Under the pieces are notes generated by a model. It did no database searches, was not told the DNA's origin, and worked only from the letters and a program-made list of their open reading frames with translations. Shown piece by piece: positions 9,169 through 18,121 of a stretch of 64,000 nt of DNA (positions are counted from its first letter, which is position 1; every line of letters starts with the position of its first letter). This DNA is from Acidobacteriota bacterium (lineage in GTDB: Bacteria; Acidobacteriota; UBA6911). The stretch covers positions 5,856,001-5,920,000 of the forward strand of contig OY761556.1 in the NCBI GenBank assembly GCA_963664705.1, given 5' to 3'. Both the position numbers and the translations under genes were made by a program.

Positions 9169-11118
9169 CTAAAACAAGACCTTAAGACCACCAAAGGCAG
9201 ATGCTCCGGCGGTGCCGTATCCTTTGGCCTCTTCATATTTCTGATTGAGCAGGTTTTCGACCCTCACAAATAATTGAAGATGTTCGGCAATCGGATAGGA
9301 TATTGCACAACGAACGAGAGTGTAGAGGTCCAGCGTCACCGGGATGGCAGGATATGTCGAGGAATCGTTATCCGGCCTTTCGCCTGTGAATACAAGGCCG
9401 AAAGTCGCATTGCCTTTGAGCAGACGGGAGCTCAGGTCGAACCCGACCTTGTTTTTCGGCCTTCTCACAAGCTGTCTGCCCGTGGTTTGATCCTTGGAAC
9501 TGGTATAGGTATAACTGGCACGCAGATCAAGGCCATCCTTCAGCTGCATGGATCCAAACATTTCGACCCCTTTGGCTTTAGCTTGGGAAACATTGTTGTA
9601 CTTCATAGCCCAGAGATCGAAATCGATCATATTGCCAAATTCGTTATTGAAATAGGTAGCGCCCAGGGAAAGCCGCTCGCCCTTCAGGAATTGTTCTAGC
9701 CCGAGCTCCCACCCGGTGCTTGTCTCCGGGCTCAGGTTCTTATCGCCGTAGTCGGAATAAAGCTGGTACAGGGATGGAGCCTTGAAACCTGTTCCATAGC
9801 TCCCCTTTATTTTCGTGGCAGTCTGTTTGAAAACAAAGGAAGAGGCGATGTGGTATGTGCCTTCCATTCCAAATGTGCTGTGATTGTCTCCGCGAAGGCC
9901 GACAGTGGTGATCCAGGAGTCGATTGGCTCCATCTGGCCTTGTATATACAATCCGGTGGATCGCGCCGACCTGCTGGGAAAGCTGGAAGTGTAGGAGCCG
10001 TAGGCGCTTTTGGAATAGGTAACCGAATCGCCCTTTTCTACTTCCGTTTCGATCCCGAATGTTATCGCATGCCTCTTTTTTATGCGGAGATTATTTTGCC
10101 AATCAACTTTCAGCTGCTGAGAGTCGAAATTGTACCAGCTGCTGTCGTTTGGATGCGCACTATCCGTATCGTTGCGGCTGTCCCGGATATGCTTGGCTGC
10201 GGTAAATCCGAGTTTCTGCTCCCATATATTGTCAAACAGCATCAGCCGCCCTTGCGTTCTGAAGAACACCTGTTTCGTTTCCGTAGTATAGTTGGGATCA
10301 TCCCCTCCGACGCCTGCTCTATTATCGAGATCTGCCTTGGCGTTTACGTAACGTATCGTGGAGTCGAGATCGAAATACCGGGCAGGGGTGATTCCCAGTC
10401 TTCCGGATATGGAGGTATTTTCATAACCGTCCCTCTCCATGTTTCCATATTTTGCTCCGGCCGCGGATATTCCATCCGAGTTCTCATGGCTGAATCCCAG
10501 CGAATAGCGGAACAGCTTGTTGCCTCCGCTCGCACCTGCGCGCTCTTCGGCGGTATTGAAAGAGCCTCCTCCCAAAGAGGCAAAACCCGTGGTTCTGCCT
10601 TCTCCACTTTTTGTGATGATATTGATGACACCCCCGATGGCGTCTGAGCCATACAGCGTGCTTTGAGGTCCGCGCATCACTTCGACGCGCTCGATGTTGT
10701 CGCTGGTCAAGTTGGCGAAATCAAAATATCGGCCGGTGGCCATAGGATCATTCATCTCAATGCCGTCGATCAAAACGAGTGTATGTTCCGATTTTGCACC
10801 GCGAATAAAAACCGACGTCGGGCTTCCGGGACTGCCCGCCTGAACAATATCCAGCCCCGGAATAGTCCGGAGGATTTCAAACACCGTGGTTTTCTGCATC
10901 TTTTCGATTTCGTCGCTTGTGACGACTGTAATCGAGCTGTTCGCTTCCTTGAGCGGCATTTCCAGGCGCGTGGAGGTAACAATAACTTCATTGTAAATCC
11001 TGATTTGGTCTTTATCCGCCGCTGTTCCATCCGAGGGGTTCTGGTTGTCCGAAGCAAAAACAGATGACGCCGTCAACAGCGCCAGCGCCTGAACTGCAGC
11101 AAGCAATATCTTTTTCAT
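9169..11118 (-). CDS. btuB: TonB-dependent cobalamin receptor
   Basis: EVIVTSTR TonB box region, plug (IERVEVMRGPQSTLYGSDAIGGVINIIT), C-terminal Phe; downstream of B12 riboswitches and upstream of cobQ. Confidence 0.9.
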   Translation of the reverse strand: MKKILLAAVQALALLTASSVFASDNQNPSDGTAADKDQIRIYNEVIVTSTRLEMPLKEANSSITVVTSDEIEKMQKTTVFEILRTIPGLDIVQAGSPGSPTSVFIRGAKSEHTLVLIDGIEMNDPMATGRYFDFANLTSDNIERVEVMRGPQSTLYGSDAIGGVINIITKSGEGRTTGFASLGGGSFNTAEERAGASGGNKLFRYSLGFSHENSDGISAAGAKYGNMERDGYENTSISGRLGITPARYFDLDSTIRYVNAKADLDNRAGVGGDDPNYTTETKQVFFRTQGRLMLFDNIWEQKLGFTAAKHIRDSRNDTDSAHPNDSSWYNFDSQQLKVDWQNNLRIKKRHAITFGIETEVEKGDSVTYSKSAYGSYTSSFPSRSARSTGLYIQGQMEPIDSWITTVGLRGDNHSTFGMEGTYHIASSFVFKQTATKIKGSYGTGFKAPSLYQLYSDYGDKNLSPETSTGWELGLEQFLKGERLSLGATYFNNEFGNMIDFDLWAMKYNNVSQAKAKGVEMFGSMQLKDGLDLRASYTYTSSKDQTTGRQLVRRPKNKVGFDLSSRLLKGNATFGLVFTGERPDNDSSTYPAIPVTLDLYTLVRCAISYPIAEHLQLFVRVENLLNQKYEEAKGYGTAGASAFGGLKVLF

Positions 11119-11167
11119 GCAACTGCTCTCCTATCCTCCCAAGAGGATTAATGGATTAAATACCCGT

Positions 11168-11310
11168 GGAGCAGGTCTCCTGGCTTCCGGTTCCGTCTAC
11201 CAGCCGCGCCTTCCCATCCAAACGGACAGTGGCATGTTGCGGCTTTCGTCCCGATTACAGTCGCTGGGCGGCGGGAGCTTTACACCCCCTTCTCTTTTCC
11301 AGGGCAACGT
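11168..11310 (-). ncRNA. Cobalamin riboswitch (gene-proximal copy)
   Basis: Minus strand ...GCGACTGTAA...GCCACTG...GGGAAGG...AAGCCAGGAGACCTGC (B12 box). Confidence 0.9.
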
Positions 11311-11355
11311 TAGATTATTAAGTTTCCATGCTTCCTTCCGAATCAGGCAGTGGGC

Positions 11356-11387
11356 AAAAAAAACCCGGACCTGATTGCAAGCCCGGG
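11356..11387 (-). terminator. Intrinsic terminator, expression platform of the distal riboswitch
   Basis: CCCGGGCTTG-CAAT-CAGGTCCGGG followed by T8 on the minus strand. Confidence 0.85.
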
Positions 11388-11454
11388 GATTCCGTTTTTA
11401 TCCTCGATGTAATAGTCGTCGTCCCTAGTCCACGAGCGCGCGACTATGCTTTAT

Positions 11455-11610
11455 CGAGCAGGTCTTCCGGCTTCCGGATCAATCTACTTGCCGCGCCTTC
11501 CCATCCAAACGGACAGTGGCATTGATTTCGACTTTCGTCCCCGGTTACGGCGGCGGGACCGCGACGGCTTTTCACCGTCTTCCCTATTAAGGCCCAAGGG
11601 CCGCTCAAGA
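11455..11610 (-). ncRNA. Cobalamin riboswitch (distal copy)
   Basis: Minus strand AATAGGGAAGACGGTGAAAAGCCGTCGCGGTCCCGCCGCCGTAA...GCCACTG...GGGAAGG...AAGCCGGAAGACCTGC. Confidence 0.93.
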
Positions 11611-11760
11611 AGGCCTCATGCTACTTAGGATTCAACAGAGCGTCAAGAGATAATCGGAACGAGAAAGAGGTATTTATTCCTAAAGCCATCGTGAACGAAT
11701 TAGTTTGCGGCCCATTATTGTAATTCACGAGATATCTGAAAAACTGTCAAGCCGGCCACC

Positions 11761-11810
11761 TGCATCAGAGACGCTATTGCATTTTGGCACAATCGTCTCT
11801 TTCGACTCGG
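11761..11810 (+). repeat. Cassette-boundary repeat, degenerate copy
   Basis: CTATTGCAT-TTTGGCA-CAATCGTC...CGAC. Confidence 0.45.
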
Positions 11811-11954
11811 TGGGAGTAATCGAACTTAATCTCCGCGGACACCAAGCTCCAGCAACGACCTGATTTCAACTGCAAGGCCCAGCTTTTGGGAACTTCTTTC
11901 TCTGAAAGGTGTCCATACGAAATATCGTCCCAATCATCGATTCTCGGAGGAACT

Positions 11955-13874
11955 ATGCCGCGCTGCGTCCTCGCTATTTTTCTCTTAGTGGCAACTGGTG
12001 GTGCACAAGATATCTCCCGAATGGACAAGGCGGTACAATCGGTTGTGGCAAACAAGCAGTTCATGGGATCCGTACTGGTGGCTCGAGGGGATCAGGTTCT
12101 TTTCAGCAAAGGCTATGGCTTCGCCAATCTCGAATGGAATATTCCGAACACTCCGGATACCAAATATCGGATCGGCTCCATGACCAAGCAATTCACAGCT
12201 GCGGCGATTCTTTTGCTTGAACAACAAGGCAAAATAAAGGTTGGAGACCCCATCAGGAAGTACCTGCCCGATGATCCGCCAACTTGGGACAAAATCACCA
12301 TCTACCACTTGCTGACCCACACCTCGGGAATTGTGGATCTTCTCAATACGCCTGGCATACAGAATATGATCCCGCTCCCGCAGACTCCGGAACAGCTGTT
12401 GGCTTTAGTGCGCGATAAGCCGCTACAATTCGAGCCCGGAACGAAATTTCTGTACAGCAGCTCCGGCTACAATCTTCTTGGCCGTTTGATAGAGAAGATC
12501 ACTGGTCAGCGCTATCAGGATTACATGCAGAAGAATATCTTCATGCCGCTTGGAATGAAAGACTCCGGGTACGACACAAACATTGACATCCTCCCAAAGC
12601 GGGCATCCGGCTACACGCCTGGCCCCAAAGGACCGGAGAATGCGCAATATGTTCACATGAGCAATACGTACTCAGCCGGTGGCTTATACTCTACTAGTGA
12701 AGACCTGCTGCGCTGGGAACAAGGTCTTTTTGGCGGGAAGATTCTATCCACGGAGTCTCTTTCAAAAATGACTACTCCGAATTTGAATGGATATGCATTC
12801 GGATTATATGTTGGAACGGCAAAGGGGCGCAGGCGCATCATACATGAAGGCGGAGTGCCCGGTTTTAACTCCTGCATGGTTTACTTTCCTGAAACTAAGG
12901 TCACGATCGCAGTTTTATCAAACATGTTCCGTCCTGAAGTTGCTGGAGAGATAGTTGCTCTGCTTTCAGATCTCGCCTACGGGGATAAAGTAATTCTCAC
13001 ATCGGAACTTAACGCAATTGCCGTCTCGCCAAAGATTCTATCGAGCTATGTTGGTACGTACAATTTTCCGTCAAGAGGCAACGTGAGAATTAGCCTGGAG
13101 AACGGAAATCTGCTTTTGAGGACCGGGCAGCTGATGGGGTATGTGAATACAACTGCACTGTCTGCCAGTTCCGAAACTTACTTTTTTTCGAAAGAAACGG
13201 GCATTCAGCTGGAATTCACCAAAGATAGAGGAACCACAACGCATATTGTCCAGCACCGGATTGGTGATGATGATCTCAAAGGTATGAGAGTCAGCGATAC
13301 CGTTTCAGAGCCACCACATGTTCCCCGTGACGTCCTTGAGCAATACGCAGGTGTCTACAAATTACCCCCGGGTTTTGAGTTAGTGTTCTCAGTTGAAAAC
13401 AATGAACTGATTCTCCATCGGACATGGCAATTCCTTCGATATCGGGCAGTGCCTGAGTCGGAGAGCAGGTTTTCTCTAGGGGAGTTGGATGACACATTTG
13501 AATTCATAAAGGATGCGGGCGGTACTGTAACGCATCTTATTCTTCGGAACGGCAATTCGGAAATTATAGCTCCCCGCACTCGTGAAATTGCCGAAGTCGA
13601 CGGTGCGTGGACTGGCAATGAACTATTTTATATTTTCAAGGCAGAAGGAAATACACTTGCTGGAAACTTTGCGTCGAAAGCAGGGGAAGGATGGATATCG
13701 GAGGGCAAGATTGATGGACAAAGGATTTCTTTCATCTTGAACATTGGGTCATCGGCCATTAGAACCGACGCCCGCCTCTCCGGCGATCTGATCACCATAA
13801 CCCAGACAAATGGTAACGGGACAAGCACATCTACAGTTCGCCGGGTTAGGCCAAAGATGACGACAATGCGCTAG
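11955..13874 (+). CDS. Serine hydrolase (beta-lactamase class C/PBP family) with DUF3471-like C-terminal domains
   Basis: IGSMTK (SxxK), LLTHTSGI, YSSSGY, HEGG; RBS GGAGG. Confidence 0.9.
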   Translation: MPRCVLAIFLLVATGGAQDISRMDKAVQSVVANKQFMGSVLVARGDQVLFSKGYGFANLEWNIPNTPDTKYRIGSMTKQFTAAAILLLEQQGKIKVGDPIRKYLPDDPPTWDKITIYHLLTHTSGIVDLLNTPGIQNMIPLPQTPEQLLALVRDKPLQFEPGTKFLYSSSGYNLLGRLIEKITGQRYQDYMQKNIFMPLGMKDSGYDTNIDILPKRASGYTPGPKGPENAQYVHMSNTYSAGGLYSTSEDLLRWEQGLFGGKILSTESLSKMTTPNLNGYAFGLYVGTAKGRRRIIHEGGVPGFNSCMVYFPETKVTIAVLSNMFRPEVAGEIVALLSDLAYGDKVILTSELNAIAVSPKILSSYVGTYNFPSRGNVRISLENGNLLLRTGQLMGYVNTTALSASSETYFFSKETGIQLEFTKDRGTTTHIVQHRIGDDDLKGMRVSDTVSEPPHVPRDVLEQYAGVYKLPPGFELVFSVENNELILHRTWQFLRYRAVPESESRFSLGELDDTFEFIKDAGGTVTHLILRNGNSEIIAPRTREIAEVDGAWTGNELFYIFKAEGNTLAGNFASKAGEGWISEGKIDGQRISFILNIGSSAIRTDARLSGDLITITQTNGNGTSTSTVRRVRPKMTTMR

Positions 13875-14008
13875 CTCCTAATTATGCTGTTTTCTCTGAC
13901 GATGATCCGAACATAAGATAATTTATTATCAGTCCTATACGGCAACAAACCCGGACCATTTCATCCAAAACGGTCATCAAAGAAGAAAAAGGCAGGCGCA
14001 GGAATACA

Positions 14009-14060
14009 GTCCGAATGCAGCAATTTACCTTTTGGCGTTATCTCTCCGAACGCGACCTAG
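14009..14060 (+). repeat. Cassette-boundary repeat
   Basis: GTCCGAATGCA-GCAATT-TACCT-TTTGGCG-TTATCTCT-CCGAACGCGAC. Confidence 0.8.
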
Positions 14061-14146
14061 AACGATCATCCTGGCCGTTGCCATCCTCCTGAGGGTAGTG
14101 GTAGGCTCAGGAGGATTCCAATCTTATCTCTTGGGAGAAAGTTACA

Positions 14147-14812
14147 ATGCTTTTCTTCCGTGTCCACAAATGCTCAGGTTTCCAGCCAATCATTTGGGGA
14201 TGCCTAATAGTGGCCCTTCTGTGTTCTGCCTTTTTGCTGCAATCGGTGGCACAAACAGATAGAGATTCGACGTTTAAGCCATTTATTGCCGAAATCAAAC
14301 GGGGACAGATATTTCGTAGATCATTGACCCCGCAGATCAGCTTTGAAGTTAAACCGCTCGACGCTAAACATGATGGTCGGATAGGAGTACATATTTCTGT
14401 CCTTAACCGCAGGAATCCAAAAGGTTACAAATTCGTCGTACTCCCCAAGGTGGATAATGGTGGAGACGCTAATTGGGTTGGTATCGACGTAAGCAGGACG
14501 AAAGAAAGGCCAGGTGCAGATAGCTTGCGCTCTGCCCTTGACCACTATTCCGGTATTGGTCTTTGCGTAACCTATTTCACAGATAATTTAAGCCGTTCTG
14601 AGCTTGAAAATGTCCGTGGGGCTTGGGCGATGCTGCATCGCCGCGGAGGCAAAGAAGAAGAGTATCAGCAAGCCGATGAGGTATTAAACAGCCTCCACCG
14701 TGTAAGCGGGCTTTTTTCGGTACTGGAATACAAAATTGCCGATAATCCTTTGCGAATTGAGCATCTGAAATTTTCTTTTGATCCTTGCGATCCACGAACT
14801 TGTGATGAGTGA
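14147..14812 (+). CDS. Hypothetical exported protein
   Basis: 221-aa ORF with signal-like segment, RBS GGGAG; lies alone between two repeats. Confidence 0.65.
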   Translation: MLFFRVHKCSGFQPIIWGCLIVALLCSAFLLQSVAQTDRDSTFKPFIAEIKRGQIFRRSLTPQISFEVKPLDAKHDGRIGVHISVLNRRNPKGYKFVVLPKVDNGGDANWVGIDVSRTKERPGADSLRSALDHYSGIGLCVTYFTDNLSRSELENVRGAWAMLHRRGGKEEEYQQADEVLNSLHRVSGLFSVLEYKIADNPLRIEHLKFSFDPCDPRTCDE

Positions 14813-14932
14813 AGCGAATTTAGGAAGATGATTGGGATGCTCCCCCTCTCGTTCTCCTTTGTTTTTTTGCAGTTAGCGCTGGGCAGGCGCAAGGGCAAAG
14901 GTACTCGACCAACACCGGGAACGTGGATAGGC

Positions 14933-14999
14933 GCAGAATGCAGTACTGATGCCGGATTTGACATTTTGGCGTAACTCCCCGCACCGCGACTTCGGGGGA
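14933..14999 (+). repeat. Cassette-boundary repeat
   Basis: GCAGAATGCAGTACTGATGCCGGATTT-GACAT-TTTGGCG-TAACTCCC-CGCACCGCGAC-TTCGGGGGA. Confidence 0.85.
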
Positions 15000-15079
15000 A
15001 CCTGACTGGACGTGCCCGCCAAAGCGGTAAATATCAATACAATAATCGAAATCAGATTTGTCGAAATATTCCGCAACAT
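14990..15079 (-). pseudogene. N-terminal (signal peptide) gene fragment running into the repeat
   Basis: MLRNISTNLISIIVLIFTALAGTSSQ, then the frame reads through repeat sequence. Confidence 0.45.
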
Positions 15080-15180
15080 CCTTGATGGAGTAAGAACGAT
15101 TGCTTGAATATAATACTATATAGTAATATCCTACATAGAAGGAGGAGCTTCATCTGATAAAAAAAACGAACGGTGGCTTC

Positions 15181-15600
15181 TTGATTAGCAAGATAAAGCA
15201 AATCCAAGGCAGGGTTTTTGAAAAACTTCTCGCCGCCCACGGCATCGACCAATTCAACGGGGCGCAGGGAAGGATTCTCTTTGTGCTTTGGGAGGAGGAC
15301 GGCATCCCCATCCGCAGTCTCTCGGAGCGGACGGGCCTAGCCACCACGACCTTGACCAGTATGCTGGACCGCCTGGAGGCCTCAGGCCACATCGAGCGGA
15401 TCTTGGATCCGACCGACCGCCGCAAGATCCGGATCCGGCTCACGCAAAACGCACTGGGGCTGAAGGACGATTATCAAGCCGTATCCCGGCAAATGAACGG
15501 CATCTTTTACGAGGGCTTCACGGATTCTGAGATCAAGGTCTTTGAAGGCGCGCTCCGCCGAATTCTTGAAAACCTCACGGGAAAGGTAAAAACGCAATGA
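15181..15600 (+). CDS. MarR-family transcriptional regulator (start may be a few codons upstream)
   Basis: QGRILFVLW, LSERTGLATTTLTSMLDRLE, DRRKIRIRLT. Confidence 0.9.
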   Translation: MISKIKQIQGRVFEKLLAAHGIDQFNGAQGRILFVLWEEDGIPIRSLSERTGLATTTLTSMLDRLEASGHIERILDPTDRRKIRIRLTQNALGLKDDYQAVSRQMNGIFYEGFTDSEIKVFEGALRRILENLTGKVKTQ

Positions 15601-16031
15601 ATGAAGCGATCGCATCCGAAGTCCGCGCATTGCGCGAAAACAGCGCAGTGGCCTATGTGGCATCCATTAACGAGCAGGGTTTCCCCCAGGTCAAAGCCAT
15701 GCTTGTATTGGAACATGAAAGTTCGCGAACGCAGCTTTTTTCAACAACTCTCAGTTCTAAGCGGGCGCAGCAGTTTCTAAAAAACCCAAAAGCCTCTGTC
15801 TATTACTGCGACGGCCCGCACTTCAAGGGAGCGCTGTTCACCGGGACCATGGAGGTCCGCAGGGACCGCGAGACCAAGGTCCAGCTCTGGCGCGAAGGAT
15901 TTGAGATTTATTATCCCAAAGGTGTGGATGACCCGGATTATTGCGTGCTCGCATTTACCGCCGACACGGTCAACTATTACCACGGCCTGAGCAATACAAC
16001 CCTGTCTGTGGAGGAGCTTCTAGTTAGCTGA
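15597..16031 (+). CDS. Pyridoxamine 5'-phosphate oxidase-like FMN-binding protein
   Basis: VASINEQGFPQ, NPKASVYY, YYPKGVDDPDYCVL; overlaps marR stop. Confidence 0.85.
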   Translation: MNEAIASEVRALRENSAVAYVASINEQGFPQVKAMLVLEHESSRTQLFSTTLSSKRAQQFLKNPKASVYYCDGPHFKGALFTGTMEVRRDRETKVQLWREGFEIYYPKGVDDPDYCVLAFTADTVNYYHGLSNTTLSVEELLVS

Positions 16032-16090
16032 ATTATACAATCCATTTATTTTATTCACTTCAGTAAGCATAAATCGGCGTAGCACGCACC

Positions 16091-16150
16091 GTATTGATGA
16101 CGGCAATTGACAAGTTGGCGGTATCTCCGCGAGCGCGACTTCTGGACAGT
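16091..16150 (+). repeat. Cassette-boundary repeat
   Basis: GTATTGATGACGGCAATT-GACAA-GTTGGCG-GTATCTCC-GCGAGCGCGAC-TTCTGGACA. Confidence 0.8.
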
Positions 16151-16248
16151 CATCGACTATGCTAGACCCATTAATGACTTTGGAAGGGAAATGAACTGGT
16201 CACTCCCGGAAGACAGCCGCTTAAAGCGCCATGCCGCGCTCAGCGGAA

Positions 16249-16794
16249 CTATCTCTTGGTGTACTTCTGTCGCCAATACTTGGGTGTGCCGCCATCGCTC
16301 GTGATCAAGCGCTGCTTGATGAGCCAGCGGCCGTCGCGCTTCACGAGCTTCGTGGAGTCTCGACCCTGCTCTTGGAACTGCGGCAGCTTTTCTATGCTTT
16401 CGTTGAGGACTTTCGTATAGATCAACGAACAGCTCGCCTCGTTGCCGTTGACGTCGATAAGCACATTCGTCACGAGCGTATGGACTGTGCCTTTGTGAGC
16501 TTCGCCCGTCTTCTCGGCGGTCAAGCTGTAGACTTTTTCGATCTCGTTGCGGCCCTTGTACACCATGCCATTGACGTCGAGGACGCCGTCTTCGGTGTAG
16601 TGCCGAGCCATTTTCTCGCCGCTCGTCTTACCGAGGTCGGCATAGTATCGAACCATCATGTCCTGGATCCGAATCTGGTCGAGCAGAGCTTGGTCGGTAG
16701 CGGGCTTGTCCTGGGCAAAGGTCGTGCCCGGCAGCAGAAACAGCAGAACGGCGGCGACGCCAACGATGCAATGAACGGCGATGCGCATCTTCAT
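16249..16794 (-). CDS. NTF2/SnoaL-like exported protein
   Basis: Signal peptide, IQDMMVRY, YTEDGVL, GRNEI, HTLVTN, LVKRDGRWLI. Confidence 0.8.
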   Translation of the reverse strand: MKMRIAVHCIVGVAAVLLFLLPGTTFAQDKPATDQALLDQIRIQDMMVRYYADLGKTSGEKMARHYTEDGVLDVNGMVYKGRNEIEKVYSLTAEKTGEAHKGTVHTLVTNVLIDVNGNEASCSLIYTKVLNESIEKLPQFQEQGRDSTKLVKRDGRWLIKQRLITSDGGTPKYWRQKYTKR

Positions 16795-17249
16795 GATATC
16801 TCCCTGGTGCTCGAAGTTCGTCGAAGGTTTCTTTGAGTTGCTCGAGGTTGTCAATCCTCGCCTCAACCGACGTATAAGTGGAATAGATGGCGTCTTTACG
16901 GTTCGCCATCCTTCCCCGGGTTCATCGAGCTTCCGATAAGGTTTCGTTTATGTCATCTGGTTCGGACCCTTCAAGGCAATAGACTTGATTTTAAAGCGGG
17001 ATTGGAGAAAAGAGATACTTAATTTCGAGAAACAAAAGCAAATTTACTTTTTCAAACCGAAATCCCTGCATAGGATCGGATTGCTTTCTACGGATCGAAG
17101 GGGCGACTCAGTACTGAAAATTTCTTGATCGGCGAAGGGGCCCAATCGCTCTTTTTCTCAATTATTCGTCTGCGCTTCTGCCAGGCGGCTTTCGGAATGC
17201 CTCGCATTCATTTGAATTCGCGGGCGAGTGTGTGATTCACTAAGATCAG

Positions 17250-17942
17250 GTGACGACAATGGATAAAGTTAAGGACCACTTTGAGAGTGAAGCACAGGAA
17301 TTCGAGCGGATCATTCTGGCGCTGATACCGCATTATTCAACCATGGTGCGGGCACTAGCTGAAGCAATTCCGTTTGGGAGAGACGATTCTATACGCGTCA
17401 TTGACCTGGGCTGTGGCACAGGGACGATCTCGGCACAGATTCTGGAGCTCTTTCCTAAGGCACAAATTACATGCCTCGATTTTGCTGAAAACATGATCGC
17501 GCATGCCCGGGCAAAGTTGGCTCGATATCCACACGTCAAATATTTAACGGCCGATTTCCGTGCCTTCGATTGGTGCGGGCAATTTGACGTGGTGATCTCA
17601 TCCCTGGCTCTGCACCATATAGTCACGAATGAGGAAAAGCAAAAGTTTTATTGCCGCATATACGAGAGCCTCAGCTCAGGCGGCGTCTTCTACAATGCCG
17701 ATGTGGTGTTGGCCTCCAGCGGCTATTTGCAGAACTTCTATATGCGTGAGTGGCGACGTTTCATGTCGCTGAGAGTGCCCCATGAGGAAATCGAGGGCAA
17801 GTGGATTCCCAAGTACCACGAAGAGGATAATCCGGCGAAATTGCTTGATCATTTTGATTGGATGAAGGACGCCGGATTTTCTGATATAGACGTGGTCTGG
17901 AAGTATTTCAATTTTGCGGTTTATGGCGGGGTCCGCCGATAA
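17250..17942 (+). CDS. Class I SAM-dependent methyltransferase (CmoA-like)
   Basis: VIDLGCGTG, LDFAENM, FDVVISSLALHH, GGVFYNAD. Confidence 0.9.
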   Translation: MTTMDKVKDHFESEAQEFERIILALIPHYSTMVRALAEAIPFGRDDSIRVIDLGCGTGTISAQILELFPKAQITCLDFAENMIAHARAKLARYPHVKYLTADFRAFDWCGQFDVVISSLALHHIVTNEEKQKFYCRIYESLSSGGVFYNADVVLASSGYLQNFYMREWRRFMSLRVPHEEIEGKWIPKYHEEDNPAKLLDHFDWMKDAGFSDIDVVWKYFNFAVYGGVRR

Positions 17943-17945
17943 CCC

Positions 17946-17996
17946 GGCATTGCAAACTGGATTGACATTGTGGCGCAATGTCGCGAATGGGACTTC
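17946..17996 (+). repeat. Cassette-boundary repeat with perfectly palindromic core
   Basis: GACATTG-TGGCG-CAATGTC at 17964-17982, followed by CGAATGGGACTTC. Confidence 0.8.
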
Positions 17997-18121
17997 TTAG
18001 GAGTTATCTATTCAATGGTAAATATAAATAGGCTCTGACAGCCGTCGATCAATAATGCAGATTAGAAACAAAATGCAAGACGCACTTTTGCCCTGAGTAC
18101 CTGAGAGCTATTCCCTTTCCA

